Source: Nannocystales bacterium
GTDB taxonomy: Bacteria; Myxococcota_A; Polyangia; Nannocystales; Nannocystaceae
NCBI GenBank assembly: GCA_050633305.1
Contig: JBOEGF010000027.1
Location: 95,403 to 159,402 of the forward strand
Direction: 5' to 3'
Length of the DNA stretch: 64,000 nucleotides
Positions 7,639-16,527 of the stretch are shown here, in pieces. The translations under genes were made by a program, and so were the position numbers. The notes under the pieces are model-generated. The model had not been told where the DNA came from and made no database searches. It was given only the letters and a program-made list of their open reading frames with translations. Numbering within the stretch: position 1 is the stretch's first letter; the number at the start of each line of letters is the position of its first letter.

Positions 7639-8079
7639 TCAGGCGTTGGCTTGGGTTTCGATGGTCACCACGCTCGCGTCGAACGCCACGCAGCTCTCCA
7701 GCTGCGCGATTCGGCCGTCGAAGTCGTGGGTCTTCTGGTAGCTCCAGGCCGCGCGCTCGAGCACGCGCTCCCCCGCCACATCAAACGCCGCGGCCGTCCC
7801 CTTGAGCGGACATGTCGTGACGACCGAGGTCGGCTGGAGCGCAGCGGCCTCGACATCCTGAGGTGGGAAGTAGATGACGGCGTCGTAGATGCGCTTGCCG
7901 ACCTCTCGAACCCGCAAAGCGGCGCTCGAACGAGCCAACACCCGGCCACCCACCCGCGCGGTCACCACACCCTCGACCGGCTCGAGCACCATGAAGTGCC
8001 GCGGCTCATCCGGGCGCACGATGGCTCCTTGGACCATGGAACTCGGCGTCAGCGACTGTTTGACTGCATTTTCGATCAT
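7639..8079 (-). CDS. DUF427 domain protein
   Basis: ALRVRE, IYFPPQDV, TTCPLKGTA, AAWSY, VAFD motifs; ATG 8079 with RBS. Confidence 0.85.
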   Translation of the reverse strand: MIENAVKQSLTPSSMVQGAIVRPDEPRHFMVLEPVEGVVTARVGGRVLARSSAALRVREVGKRIYDAVIYFPPQDVEAAALQPTSVVTTCPLKGTAAAFDVAGERVLERAAWSYQKTHDFDGRIAQLESCVAFDASVVTIETQANA

Positions 8080-8149
8080 CTGTGTCTCGACCTTCCAACG
8101 AGGTATGGCCTCGCCTTCGCCAAAGAAAAAGAACCGTTTCCGAGTCATA

Positions 8150-9031
8150 ATGGTACAAAAATGGACCATGCCGTCGATCGACGAATTGGATTGGGACCAC
8201 CTCCGGGTGTTCCTTGCAACGATCCGAAGCGGCACGCTCCGCGGCGCAGCCGATTCGCTGGGACTGAGTCACCCCACAGCCCGTCGACGCCTCGGAGCCT
8301 TGGAGGAACAGCTGGGCCTCCAACTCTTTGAGCGGCGGCGCGACGGCTTGCACCCCACGCTGGAGGCCGCGGAGCTTCGACACGCAGCCGAAGACGTCGA
8401 GCGAGCGATTCATGCTTTGGGTCGCGTCGCCCAAGCGGCGGACCCGGCACTGCGAGGACCGATTCGCGTCACCGCCCCGGACGTCGTCGCAAACGAGTTG
8501 CTCATGCCCGACTTCGTCGCGTTCCAGCAACGCTGGCCCGCCATCGAGCTGCAAATCGAGAGTTCCTACCAACTCGCCAACCTCGACAAACGCGAGGCCG
8601 ACATCGCGATTCGTGCCATACCGGTCGGCAAGCTTCCGGACCAACACCTCACCGGAAGAAATGCAGGGACCGCGTACCAGGCGGCGTACGGAGAGCCCAC
8701 GGCATGGATCGGCTGGAAGGGCGAAGTCGCCGACCGGCCCTGGATCCGCGGGACCCCATTCCCCGACCTCCCGGTCGTCGGGGCCTTCGACGACGTCGCG
8801 CTCCAGCGCAGCGCATGCGCGGCGGGGATGGGCCTGTCGCTGCTCCCCTGTTTCTACGCCGACCCCACACTCCCGCGCCGCAGCGAACCCCGGCCACACT
8901 TCGACCTTTGGGTGCTCGTCCACCCCGATCTCCGCCGTAGTCCCAGGTTGCGGGCGTTCCGGGACGCCATGGTCGAAGCGATCGCCTCGTACCGTTCGCG
9001 TCTGGAAGGACACCACCCCACCTCAACGTGA
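8150..9031 (+). CDS. LysR-family transcriptional regulator
   Basis: DWDHLRVFLA...GTLRGAA...RRLGALEEQLGLQLFER HTH; start 8150 or 8168; divergent from DUF427-SDR. Confidence 0.9.
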   Translation: MVQKWTMPSIDELDWDHLRVFLATIRSGTLRGAADSLGLSHPTARRRLGALEEQLGLQLFERRRDGLHPTLEAAELRHAAEDVERAIHALGRVAQAADPALRGPIRVTAPDVVANELLMPDFVAFQQRWPAIELQIESSYQLANLDKREADIAIRAIPVGKLPDQHLTGRNAGTAYQAAYGEPTAWIGWKGEVADRPWIRGTPFPDLPVVGAFDDVALQRSACAAGMGLSLLPCFYADPTLPRRSEPRPHFDLWVLVHPDLRRSPRLRAFRDAMVEAIASYRSRLEGHHPTST

Positions 9032-9098
9032 CCCGTGCACGCCCCGGCTGCGTCACCGCCCCTGGCCGCCTACCCGCGCGGGCTGATACGCCTGTTCG

Positions 9099-10238
9099 GT
9101 GGCCGCGCGATTGTTCTACACCGATGAGCACGACGCCTTTCGCACCCAGGTCCGCAAGTTCGTACAGCGGGAGATCAGCCCCAACATCGAAGCCTGGGAA
9201 GAGGCCGCAGAGTTTCCGCGCAGTCTCTACCGCGCCGCCGGCGAGATGGGCTTGCTGGGACTGGGCTTCGCCGAGGACTACGGGGGCACACCCGCAGATG
9301 GGTTCCACAAACTGATCCTCACCGAGGAGCTGTCGCGTCCCGGCTCCGGAGGGATCATCGCCGGCCTGATGTCCCACGGCATCGGACTCCCACCGATCGC
9401 CAACATGGGCAGCGGCGCCCTCAAGGAACGGTTCATGCCCTCGGTCCTCAGCGGCGAAAAGATCTGCGCGCTGGCCGTCACCGAGCCTTCGGGGGGCTCC
9501 GATGTGGCCAACCTGCGAACCACCGCCCGCCTCGAAGGCGAGCACTACATCGTCGACGGCTCCAAGACCTTCATCACCTCCGGGATGCGGGCAGATGTGA
9601 TCACCACCGCGGTGAGGACCGGCGAGCCTGGGATGGCCGGCATCTCCATGCTCGTCATCGACGGCGACACGCCGGGCCTCACACGAACGCCGCTCAAGAA
9701 GATGGGCTGGTGGTGCAGCGACACCGCGACGCTCTACTTCGATGCCTGCCGTGTCCCGGCGGAGAACCTCATCGGTCAGGAGAACGAAGGGTTCCGCGGC
9801 ATCATGCAGAACTTCAACAACGAGCGGCTCATGATCGCCGGGATGGCGATTGCGGCCGCCCAGGTGTGCTGGGATGAAGCGGTCGCGTACTCCAAGGATC
9901 GCGAGACGTTCGGTCGCCCGTTGTCCAAGCGGCAGGTGATCCGGCACAAACTCGTCGACATGGCCCAGCGCATTGGGTCCGCCCGCGCGACACTCGAGTT
10001 GCTCACCTGGCGCGTGGACCAAGGCCAATGGCCCATCGCCGAGGTCTGCATGCTCAAGAACACGGCCACCCAGTGCATGGAGTTCTGCGCGAAGGAAGCC
10101 GTTCAGATCCTAGGCGGCGCGGGCTACATCCGCGGCGTCAAGGTCGAGCGCATCTACCGGGAGACCAAGGTGCTCTCGATCGGTGGCGGGGCGGAAGAGA
10201 TCATGAAAGAGCTCGCCGCCCGTCAGCTCGGCCTGTAG
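9099..10238 (+). CDS. Acyl-CoA dehydrogenase
   Basis: ALAVTEPSGGSD, GSKTFIT, RETFGRPL, QILGGAGY, IGGGAEEIMK. Confidence 0.95.
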   Translation: MAARLFYTDEHDAFRTQVRKFVQREISPNIEAWEEAAEFPRSLYRAAGEMGLLGLGFAEDYGGTPADGFHKLILTEELSRPGSGGIIAGLMSHGIGLPPIANMGSGALKERFMPSVLSGEKICALAVTEPSGGSDVANLRTTARLEGEHYIVDGSKTFITSGMRADVITTAVRTGEPGMAGISMLVIDGDTPGLTRTPLKKMGWWCSDTATLYFDACRVPAENLIGQENEGFRGIMQNFNNERLMIAGMAIAAAQVCWDEAVAYSKDRETFGRPLSKRQVIRHKLVDMAQRIGSARATLELLTWRVDQGQWPIAEVCMLKNTATQCMEFCAKEAVQILGGAGYIRGVKVERIYRETKVLSIGGGAEEIMKELAARQLGL

Positions 10239-10256
10239 CCGAAGCATCGGTGGGTT

Positions 10257-10643
10257 TCAGCCCAACGCCGGCAACTCGAAGTAGCCTCGCAGCGCCTCGA
10301 TGCGGTGCTGCTCATCGAGGTCGTAGACGAACACGCCGGGGTACTCGATGAGGGTGTCGTCGGACAGCGTGAGCGACACCGTGGCCACACGCGCAACGGA
10401 CCGTCCGGACGCGTGTTCTTCCCGCACCTCGAACTTCACCGCACGCAGGGGGGCGACCAACGCGTCCCACAGCTTGCCGATCTCGGCCCGTCCTCGGAAG
10501 CCCTTCGCCTCCGGGTCGAGCGGCGAGCCCCCGACGGGGTCCCGCACCCATGCCGTTGGAGAGAAACAGTCGAGCCAGGCGTCCTTGTCCATTCTCATGA
10601 CGGACTGCATGGCGCGCTCAGGTGTGCTGGAGGGTGTGCTCAT
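10257..10643 (-). CDS. NTF2-like / SnoaL-like (ketosteroid isomerase-like) protein
   Basis: AWLDCF...DPVG...GRAEI...GVFVYDLDEQHRIEALRGYF pattern, 128 aa. Confidence 0.8.
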   Translation of the reverse strand: MSTPSSTPERAMQSVMRMDKDAWLDCFSPTAWVRDPVGGSPLDPEAKGFRGRAEIGKLWDALVAPLRAVKFEVREEHASGRSVARVATVSLTLSDDTLIEYPGVFVYDLDEQHRIEALRGYFELPALG

Positions 10644-10658
10644 GATCGTTCCGGTTGC

Positions 10659-10698
10659 TTTACACGTGTAAACATAGCGATAACTTTACACGTGTCAA
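10659..10698. promoter_or_regulatory. Tandem palindromic TetR operators
   Basis: TTTACACGTGTAAA (10659-10672, perfect palindrome) and TTTACACGTGTCAA (10685-10698) between divergent NTF2 and TetR genes. Confidence 0.75.
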
Positions 10699-11285
10699 CT
10701 GCAGAGACGCGCGAAACGATCCTCGTCGCCGCGTGGCGGCTGATGAAGACCGATGCTTCGAACGTGACCATGGCCTCGATCGCCCGTGCGGCAGAGGTCA
10801 GTCGGCAGGCCGTGTACCTGCACTTCGAGTCCCGAGCGGGACTACTGCTCGCACTGGTCCGCTGGAGAGACGAGGCGTCGAACTTTTTCTCCCGGATCGA
10901 CCGAGCTTCCAACAACCTCGAGCCCCTCTCGGCCCTCGAGGGCTGCCTGCGCACATGGCTCAACTACCTCCCGGAACTCGATCCGGTCCCGCTCTACCTC
11001 GCCCGTGCTCGCGACGACCCTCCGGCGTATGCCGCTTGGTCCGACCGCATGCGCGCCCTCGAAGCTCTGTACCGCGAACCCATCGTCCGGCTGGATGCGG
11101 AGGGAAGCCTCCTGCTGAGTCCCGACCGGGCGGTCGCGGCGGTCCGTGCCGTCGCGGGGCTCTCCGCGTGGCAGCACTTGGTCAAGGACTGCGGGTGGGG
11201 GCAACGGGCGGCGGTCGACACGATCTGGCGAGCGACCTGTGGAGCGATTCTTCACCCAGACGCGTGTCGCGGAACAGAACGCTAG
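10692..11285 (+). CDS. TetR/AcrR-family regulator
   Basis: TRETILVAA...TMASIARAAEVSRQAVYLHFESRAGLL; GTG 10692. Confidence 0.9.
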   Translation: MSTAETRETILVAAWRLMKTDASNVTMASIARAAEVSRQAVYLHFESRAGLLLALVRWRDEASNFFSRIDRASNNLEPLSALEGCLRTWLNYLPELDPVPLYLARARDDPPAYAAWSDRMRALEALYREPIVRLDAEGSLLLSPDRAVAAVRAVAGLSAWQHLVKDCGWGQRAAVDTIWRATCGAILHPDACRGTER

Positions 11286-11911
11286 CGGGCGCCGACGGCT
11301 CCACGGAGGTACCCGGTCCACAACCGCGTGAGCTCATCCACGAAGTCCTCCAGGGCCACCCCCTCGTCGTCGGCAACGTACCCGTGCACCAGCGCGTTGC
11401 TCCCCTCGACCACCACACGCGTTGCGAGCTCCAAGTCGGGGACGGCAACCTCGGGGTGCAGGGCCAACCACGCTTGTGTCATCCGACGGATGCTGCGTTG
11501 CGCCTCAGCAATACGTGCCCGGACTGGAGGCAGCGCGGCGACTCGCTCGATGAAGACACGTTGGAGCCCCGGCCGCGCCAGGTGCTCGGCGAGCAGCTGC
11601 GAGACGAGGGCATGAACACCATCCTCGAGCGCGGTCGCTTCGGGCGGGTGTTCGTCCAACACCTTGCCCAGCGCCGTCGTCGCCTCCTCGACGTGAGCCT
11701 CGAACAACCGCCCCAAGATCGCCTCCTTGTTCGGGAAGTACTCGTACAGCGACCCGATGGATACGCCCGCGAGCCTCGCGATGCCGTTGGTGGTCGCTGC
11801 CCCGTGGTCGAAAAGCCGAGTTGCAGCCTCCAGAATACTGTCCACGGTGTGGCGAGAACGGTCTTGAACCGGTCTCCGGCGCCGCTGTGGAGGTTTGGAG
11901 GGGTCGGACAT
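11282..11911 (-). CDS. TetR/AcrR-family regulator
   Basis: RRPVQDRSRHTVDSILEAA...TTNGIARLAGVSIGSLYEYFPNKEAIL; ATG 11911. Confidence 0.9.
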   Translation of the reverse strand: MSDPSKPPQRRRRPVQDRSRHTVDSILEAATRLFDHGAATTNGIARLAGVSIGSLYEYFPNKEAILGRLFEAHVEEATTALGKVLDEHPPEATALEDGVHALVSQLLAEHLARPGLQRVFIERVAALPPVRARIAEAQRSIRRMTQAWLALHPEVAVPDLELATRVVVEGSNALVHGYVADDEGVALEDFVDELTRLWTGYLRGAVGAR

Positions 11912-11963
11912 GCGGTTGCGAACCCGAGTCGCGCGAGCCGAATCCGAGCCACACCCTAAGGGC

Positions 11964-12560
11964 ATGCACGGCGACACGCTCTGTAGCGTAGCACTCGGAC
12001 TCCTCACCCTGTACGGCCTCATTGCGCTGGTGGGGCGGACCGCGATCCTACGCCTCCGAGAAGAGGACACGGGCTGGCGCGGAATCTCAGGTTCCCCCGG
12101 CAGCCTCGCGTGGTGGGCGGGGGTATTGCTGGTCCTGTCCGTCGTCGGCCTCGGGCTCGCCCCTGCCCTCGCTCCGGCCGAACCCACGGTCGCACTGTGG
12201 CGTGTGCTCCTCGGTGGACTCGGGTTTGGACTCGGGCTTACGGGCACGGTGCTCGCCCAGCTCGCGATGGGACGCTCGTGGAGGATTGGTGTCCAAGCGG
12301 GCGAACAGACCGAGTTACGAACGAACGGACCGTTCGGGTGGTGCCGAAATCCCGTGTTCACAGCGATGCTGCTCACGACGGGGGCGCTGGTCGTGTGGGT
12401 CCCCTGGCTGCTCCTCCCCTGGACGCTCCAACTCGTCGCACTGGAGCTTCAGGTGAGGGTCGTCGAGGAGCCACACCTGCTCGCGACCCATCCCGAGGCC
12501 TACCTCCGGTACGCCGAGGAGACCGGACGTTTCCTCCCGCGTCTGGGACGCGGGCTCTAA
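11964..12560 (+). CDS. Isoprenylcysteine carboxylmethyltransferase (ICMT/PEMT-like) membrane protein
   Basis: MGRSWRIG, LRTNGPFGWCRNP, EEPHL...Y.RY...TGRFLP; multiple TM segments. Confidence 0.85.
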   Translation: MHGDTLCSVALGLLTLYGLIALVGRTAILRLREEDTGWRGISGSPGSLAWWAGVLLVLSVVGLGLAPALAPAEPTVALWRVLLGGLGFGLGLTGTVLAQLAMGRSWRIGVQAGEQTELRTNGPFGWCRNPVFTAMLLTTGALVVWVPWLLLPWTLQLVALELQVRVVEEPHLLATHPEAYLRYAEETGRFLPRLGRGL

Positions 12561-12621
12561 GGGCCCGGGCATTCCCCGGCGGCGCCATCAGGCTCGAAGA
12601 TCCAGGTACCATCGGGGCGCC

Positions 12622-13815
12622 ATGGCCCCTACCGCGACGCTCGGCGACCGCAGTCTCTTCCCAGCTCTTTCGCCGAAGGCGTACCTCAACCACGCTGCCG
12701 TTTCGCCGCCCTCCGCCCCGGTCCAAGAGGCGGTCGCGCAGTGTCTGTCGCACTACACCCAACAAGGGATGGGCGCGTTCATGACCTATCTCGAGCAGCG
12801 TGAAGTGCTGCGCGCCTCACTGGCCACCTTGGTGAACGTGCAGAGCAACGAGATCGGCTTCGTCCCGAACACCTCGTGGGGGGTGGTTTTCGCTGCGATG
12901 AGCTACCCATGGGAGACCGGCGATGGCGTCGTGCTGTTGGACGGAGAGTTCCCCACCAACATCACCCCGTGGCAACAGGCGGCATCCCTGTACGGCCTCG
13001 AGATCCACCGCATCAAGGCCTCGGACTTTGGAAGCCCTGACCCGGGTCTCGGCCTCGCCCAGCTCGACGCAGCACTTCGCAAGGGCGCAAAGGTTGTCGC
13101 CGTCTCGGCGGTCCAGTTTCAGACCGGTCTGCGGATGCCGTTGATGGCCATCTCCGCCCTCGCCCATCGCCATGGCGCATCCGTCTTCGTCGACGCAATC
13201 CAAGGCTGTGGCGTCGTGCCGCTTGACTTCAAGAAGCTGGGCGTCGACATGGCCAGCTGCGGCTCCCACAAGTGGATGATGGGCCTCGAAGGCTGCGGGT
13301 TCATCTACGTGGCGCAGCACCTCGGTCCCCGGCTGCGTCCCAGACTCTCCGCGTGGCTCAGCCACCAAGATGGGCTCGGTTTCCTGTTCGATGGACCGGG
13401 TCACCTCCGCTACGATCGCCCGGTCAAGACCGATGCGAGCATGGTCGAAGGCGGGGCGTACAACACGTTGGGATTCGTCGCGATGCACACCGCGTTGGAC
13501 TTGATCCAAAGCATCGGGGTGGAGGAGATTTTCGCTCACGTCCAGCGTTACCACGACGCACTCGAGCCCAAGCTGACCGCCCTCGGGCTCACCTCGCTGC
13601 GGTCGCCATCCCCGGGCGAACGCTCCGGAGCGCTCGCGTTCGAGGTCCCCGAATCGTTCGAACCGACCAAGCTCCCCGAGCGACTGGCGGCCCGTGGCAT
13701 CTCGGCCTCCATTCCCGACGGGTGCCTGCGGCTCGCTCCTCATTGGCCCAACGCCCTGGACGAGGTCGACGTGGTCGCCGAGGCGCTTGCCGAGGCGATT
13801 GCCGAGGTCAAGTAG
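12622..13815 (+). CDS. PLP-dependent aminotransferase class V-fold enzyme
   Basis: YLNHAAVSP, VDAIQ, GSHKWMMG (PLP Lys), LRLAPH. Confidence 0.9.
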   Translation: MAPTATLGDRSLFPALSPKAYLNHAAVSPPSAPVQEAVAQCLSHYTQQGMGAFMTYLEQREVLRASLATLVNVQSNEIGFVPNTSWGVVFAAMSYPWETGDGVVLLDGEFPTNITPWQQAASLYGLEIHRIKASDFGSPDPGLGLAQLDAALRKGAKVVAVSAVQFQTGLRMPLMAISALAHRHGASVFVDAIQGCGVVPLDFKKLGVDMASCGSHKWMMGLEGCGFIYVAQHLGPRLRPRLSAWLSHQDGLGFLFDGPGHLRYDRPVKTDASMVEGGAYNTLGFVAMHTALDLIQSIGVEEIFAHVQRYHDALEPKLTALGLTSLRSPSPGERSGALAFEVPESFEPTKLPERLAARGISASIPDGCLRLAPHWPNALDEVDVVAEALAEAIAEVK

Positions 13816-13943
13816 ACACGCAGGACGCCCCACGACGACCTGCATCGACGCACCGTAGTACGCGACCAATCGAACGTTCCGAGGGCAGCCCTCGGAGACT
13901 CTGAGGGCACGTCGGACTCAGCCGAACGGTGGCTGCGACAGCG

Positions 13944-15083
13944 TCACGGAAGCACGAAGTCGGCAAATACCGACAGATGGTCGGAAGCGATCTGCGACGA
14001 GTAGCAGGCGAGCGGCTCGCCCTGCTTCGGCAGCCACCCACCCGGAGGGTCATCGTCCACGCCATTGTCCGCGCAGCCGTTGTAGACTTCGGCGCCCTCG
14101 AAGAGCGCCTGCCCATACATCACGTAGTCCAGCCGCGAGTCGAAGTTGCCACCGATGAACGTGCCGTCGTTTGCTGAGTCCTCCTGAAACGCCGTCGCGA
14201 TCTGAAAGCCCTGACTCGTGAGCACGTCGAACGGGTGGTAGCGCAGCGGAATCTCGATGTCGCTGCCGAGCTCGTAGGACGCAGGCAACGGCGGGACCTC
14301 GTCCAAAGACGTTCCCAGATCGTCGTCATCGAGTTGCTCGTTGAAGTCACCGAGCACGATGAGCGCGTCGGCAGGACGGTTCTCGCGATACAGCCGCACA
14401 CCTCGGGCCAACCGCTCGGCCTCGACCTGCCGTCGGAACAGATCCTCGTAGTCTCCTCCGGACTTGAGGTGCACCGTGAACAGCGCCGCATAACAACCCG
14501 GCTCCGGCTGAACCCTGACAGCGAGAATGTCTCGGCCGACATCGTTGGCACTGGGGTCACTGCTCAGCGCGCTCCCGCCGTAGCTTGCGATCAGCTCCAT
14601 CGGAATACGCGAGATGCACGCGTTGAAAATGTCGCCTCCGATCGCCGGGGACTGGTTGGCCAACACGACCCCGGAATACCCGGCAGCCTCAGCCAAGTCG
14701 GCCACCCAAGCTTCCTCTCCCTCGTTGACCTCCTGCATGCACACCACATCCGCGCCGATGCGCGCGATCGAAGCGGCCAGGCCCACGAACGGGTCGCTAC
14801 CGGGACTGGACACGGCCTCGATGTTGAACGTCGCGACGCGTAAGGGGGTGGCGTCGCAGTCGCTCTCCTCGCCGGTCGTCGGGTCGAAGGTCGTCGTCAC
14901 CCCGCCAACGCTGTCCGAGCCGGCCGTGGAGCTGGACGAGTCCTCCTCCCCGGAGGACGCAGCGGCTGTGCCCGTGCTCTCTGCGCCGGTCCCGTCGTCG
15001 CCGTCCGACAGCGACACGTCCGAGCTAAGGCAACCCGAAACGATCGAGACGAAGACAAGAGCAGCCGAGCGGATCCGACGCAT
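13944..15083 (-). CDS. Endonuclease/exonuclease/phosphatase family lipoprotein
   Basis: Lipobox VSGC, Ser/Thr linker, ATFNI, CMQEV, VHLKS, GDFN, RLDY, SDH. Confidence 0.85.
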   Translation of the reverse strand: MRRIRSAALVFVSIVSGCLSSDVSLSDGDDGTGAESTGTAAASSGEEDSSSSTAGSDSVGGVTTTFDPTTGEESDCDATPLRVATFNIEAVSSPGSDPFVGLAASIARIGADVVCMQEVNEGEEAWVADLAEAAGYSGVVLANQSPAIGGDIFNACISRIPMELIASYGGSALSSDPSANDVGRDILAVRVQPEPGCYAALFTVHLKSGGDYEDLFRRQVEAERLARGVRLYRENRPADALIVLGDFNEQLDDDDLGTSLDEVPPLPASYELGSDIEIPLRYHPFDVLTSQGFQIATAFQEDSANDGTFIGGNFDSRLDYVMYGQALFEGAEVYNGCADNGVDDDPPGGWLPKQGEPLACYSSQIASDHLSVFADFVLP

Positions 15084-15159
15084 CCGCGGATGATGACACG
15101 AAAGCGGCCTCTGGGCGTACCGCGCCGCCGCCGCTGGAGAGCATCGGATCCAGACTCGA

Positions 15160-16503
15160 TCAGAGTCCCAGAGGCGCGACTCCGTCGTCGCCGAAGGTCG
15201 TTGTGTCCATGCCGAGCTTCTGCAGCATGTCGACGAACAGGTTGCCGAGCGGGTCACCGTCGAACTGCAGGTGCTGACCCACGGGCATCGTGCCGCCACC
15301 GTGGCCTCCGACAAGGACCGGCATGTTGTTGTGGCTGTGGCTGTTGCCGTCTTCGATCTCCGAGGACAAGAACACCATGCTGTTCTCCAACACGTTGCTT
15401 CCGTCCCCCTCGGGGGAGTCCTTGAGGCCGCGAAGCAGATAGGCGAGCTTCTCGATCTCCCAGCGGTCGATGATCGTGAGCAGGTCTTGCGTCGCCTGGG
15501 ACCCACCATGGTGGGACAGGTTGTGGTGTCCCCCGGGCGCGCCGATGAAGCCGTAGTCTCGACCTGACGCGCCGTTGGCCAACATGAACGACACCACGCG
15601 GGTCCGATCACACTGGAACGACTTGATGATGATGTCGAGCATCACTGCAACCCGAGCGTCGATATCTCCACCGACCTCGCCCGGGAACCCGGGGTCCAGC
15701 TCACATGCCGGGGCATCGGCCTCGGACTGGACCCGAAGCTCCAGATCGCGTACGGAATCGAGGTACTGCTCCAGCTTGACGCGGTCGGTGGCGCCGAGTT
15801 TGGACTGCAGCGCGGCTGCGTCGTCGAGCGCATGATCGAGAACGCTCAAGCGCTTGGCTTTGATGCGCTGTAGTTCGACCGCGGACGCCCCCGGGTCGAA
15901 GCCCGAGAACAGGAGGTCGAAGGCGGTCTGAGCCTCGGTGAGCTTCGGCAGCGGGTTGTTACCCTGCCACGAGATGTTTCGGACGTAGGCGCAGCCATAT
16001 CCGCTGTCGCAGTTCCCCACGTTGCCACCCCCGTCCATGCCCAGCTGCATGGAGCGCACGGAGGTCTCGCCGCCGATGTGTCCGGCGTAGGCCTGGTCGA
16101 CCGAGGTTCCGTTGGTGATGACGCTCTCGGACTTGTTGACGTGAACGGCCGTCGCGAACGACCCCGTTCCCGCCGCGTGGTCGCCAGCGCCGTCGGACTG
16201 GCCAGGCGCATTGTCGAGCCCACTGAGAACCGTAATGTCGCCGAGCAGATCGGCGTCGGCCAACGGCTGGAGAATCGGGGTGACGGACCAGCCCGCGCCG
16301 GTCTGCGCCGGAGTCCAGTCCGACATGTTGATGCCGCAGGGCACGTAAAAGGTCATCAGGCGCTGCGGGTTCGCAGGGGCACCGCCGTGGGCTTGAACGC
16401 GACGACTGGGCATCATCGCCTCGAGCATCGGCAGAGCGATGGCGATGGCGCTGCCGCCTCCGAGGAAGGTCCGGCGAGAAAGGATGGATGAGCGCTTGGT
16501 CAT
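15160..16503 (-). CDS. DUF1552 (HXXSHH) family protein with Tat-like N-terminus
   Basis: LSRRTFLGG...LPMLEAM, GDHA, SVDQ, HHNLSHH, HSHNNMP. Confidence 0.9.
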   Translation of the reverse strand: MTKRSSILSRRTFLGGGSAIAIALPMLEAMMPSRRVQAHGGAPANPQRLMTFYVPCGINMSDWTPAQTGAGWSVTPILQPLADADLLGDITVLSGLDNAPGQSDGAGDHAAGTGSFATAVHVNKSESVITNGTSVDQAYAGHIGGETSVRSMQLGMDGGGNVGNCDSGYGCAYVRNISWQGNNPLPKLTEAQTAFDLLFSGFDPGASAVELQRIKAKRLSVLDHALDDAAALQSKLGATDRVKLEQYLDSVRDLELRVQSEADAPACELDPGFPGEVGGDIDARVAVMLDIIIKSFQCDRTRVVSFMLANGASGRDYGFIGAPGGHHNLSHHGGSQATQDLLTIIDRWEIEKLAYLLRGLKDSPEGDGSNVLENSMVFLSSEIEDGNSHSHNNMPVLVGGHGGGTMPVGQHLQFDGDPLGNLFVDMLQKLGMDTTTFGDDGVAPLGL

Positions 16504-16527
16504 GGTCTCGTCTCCGTTTCTTCGGCG

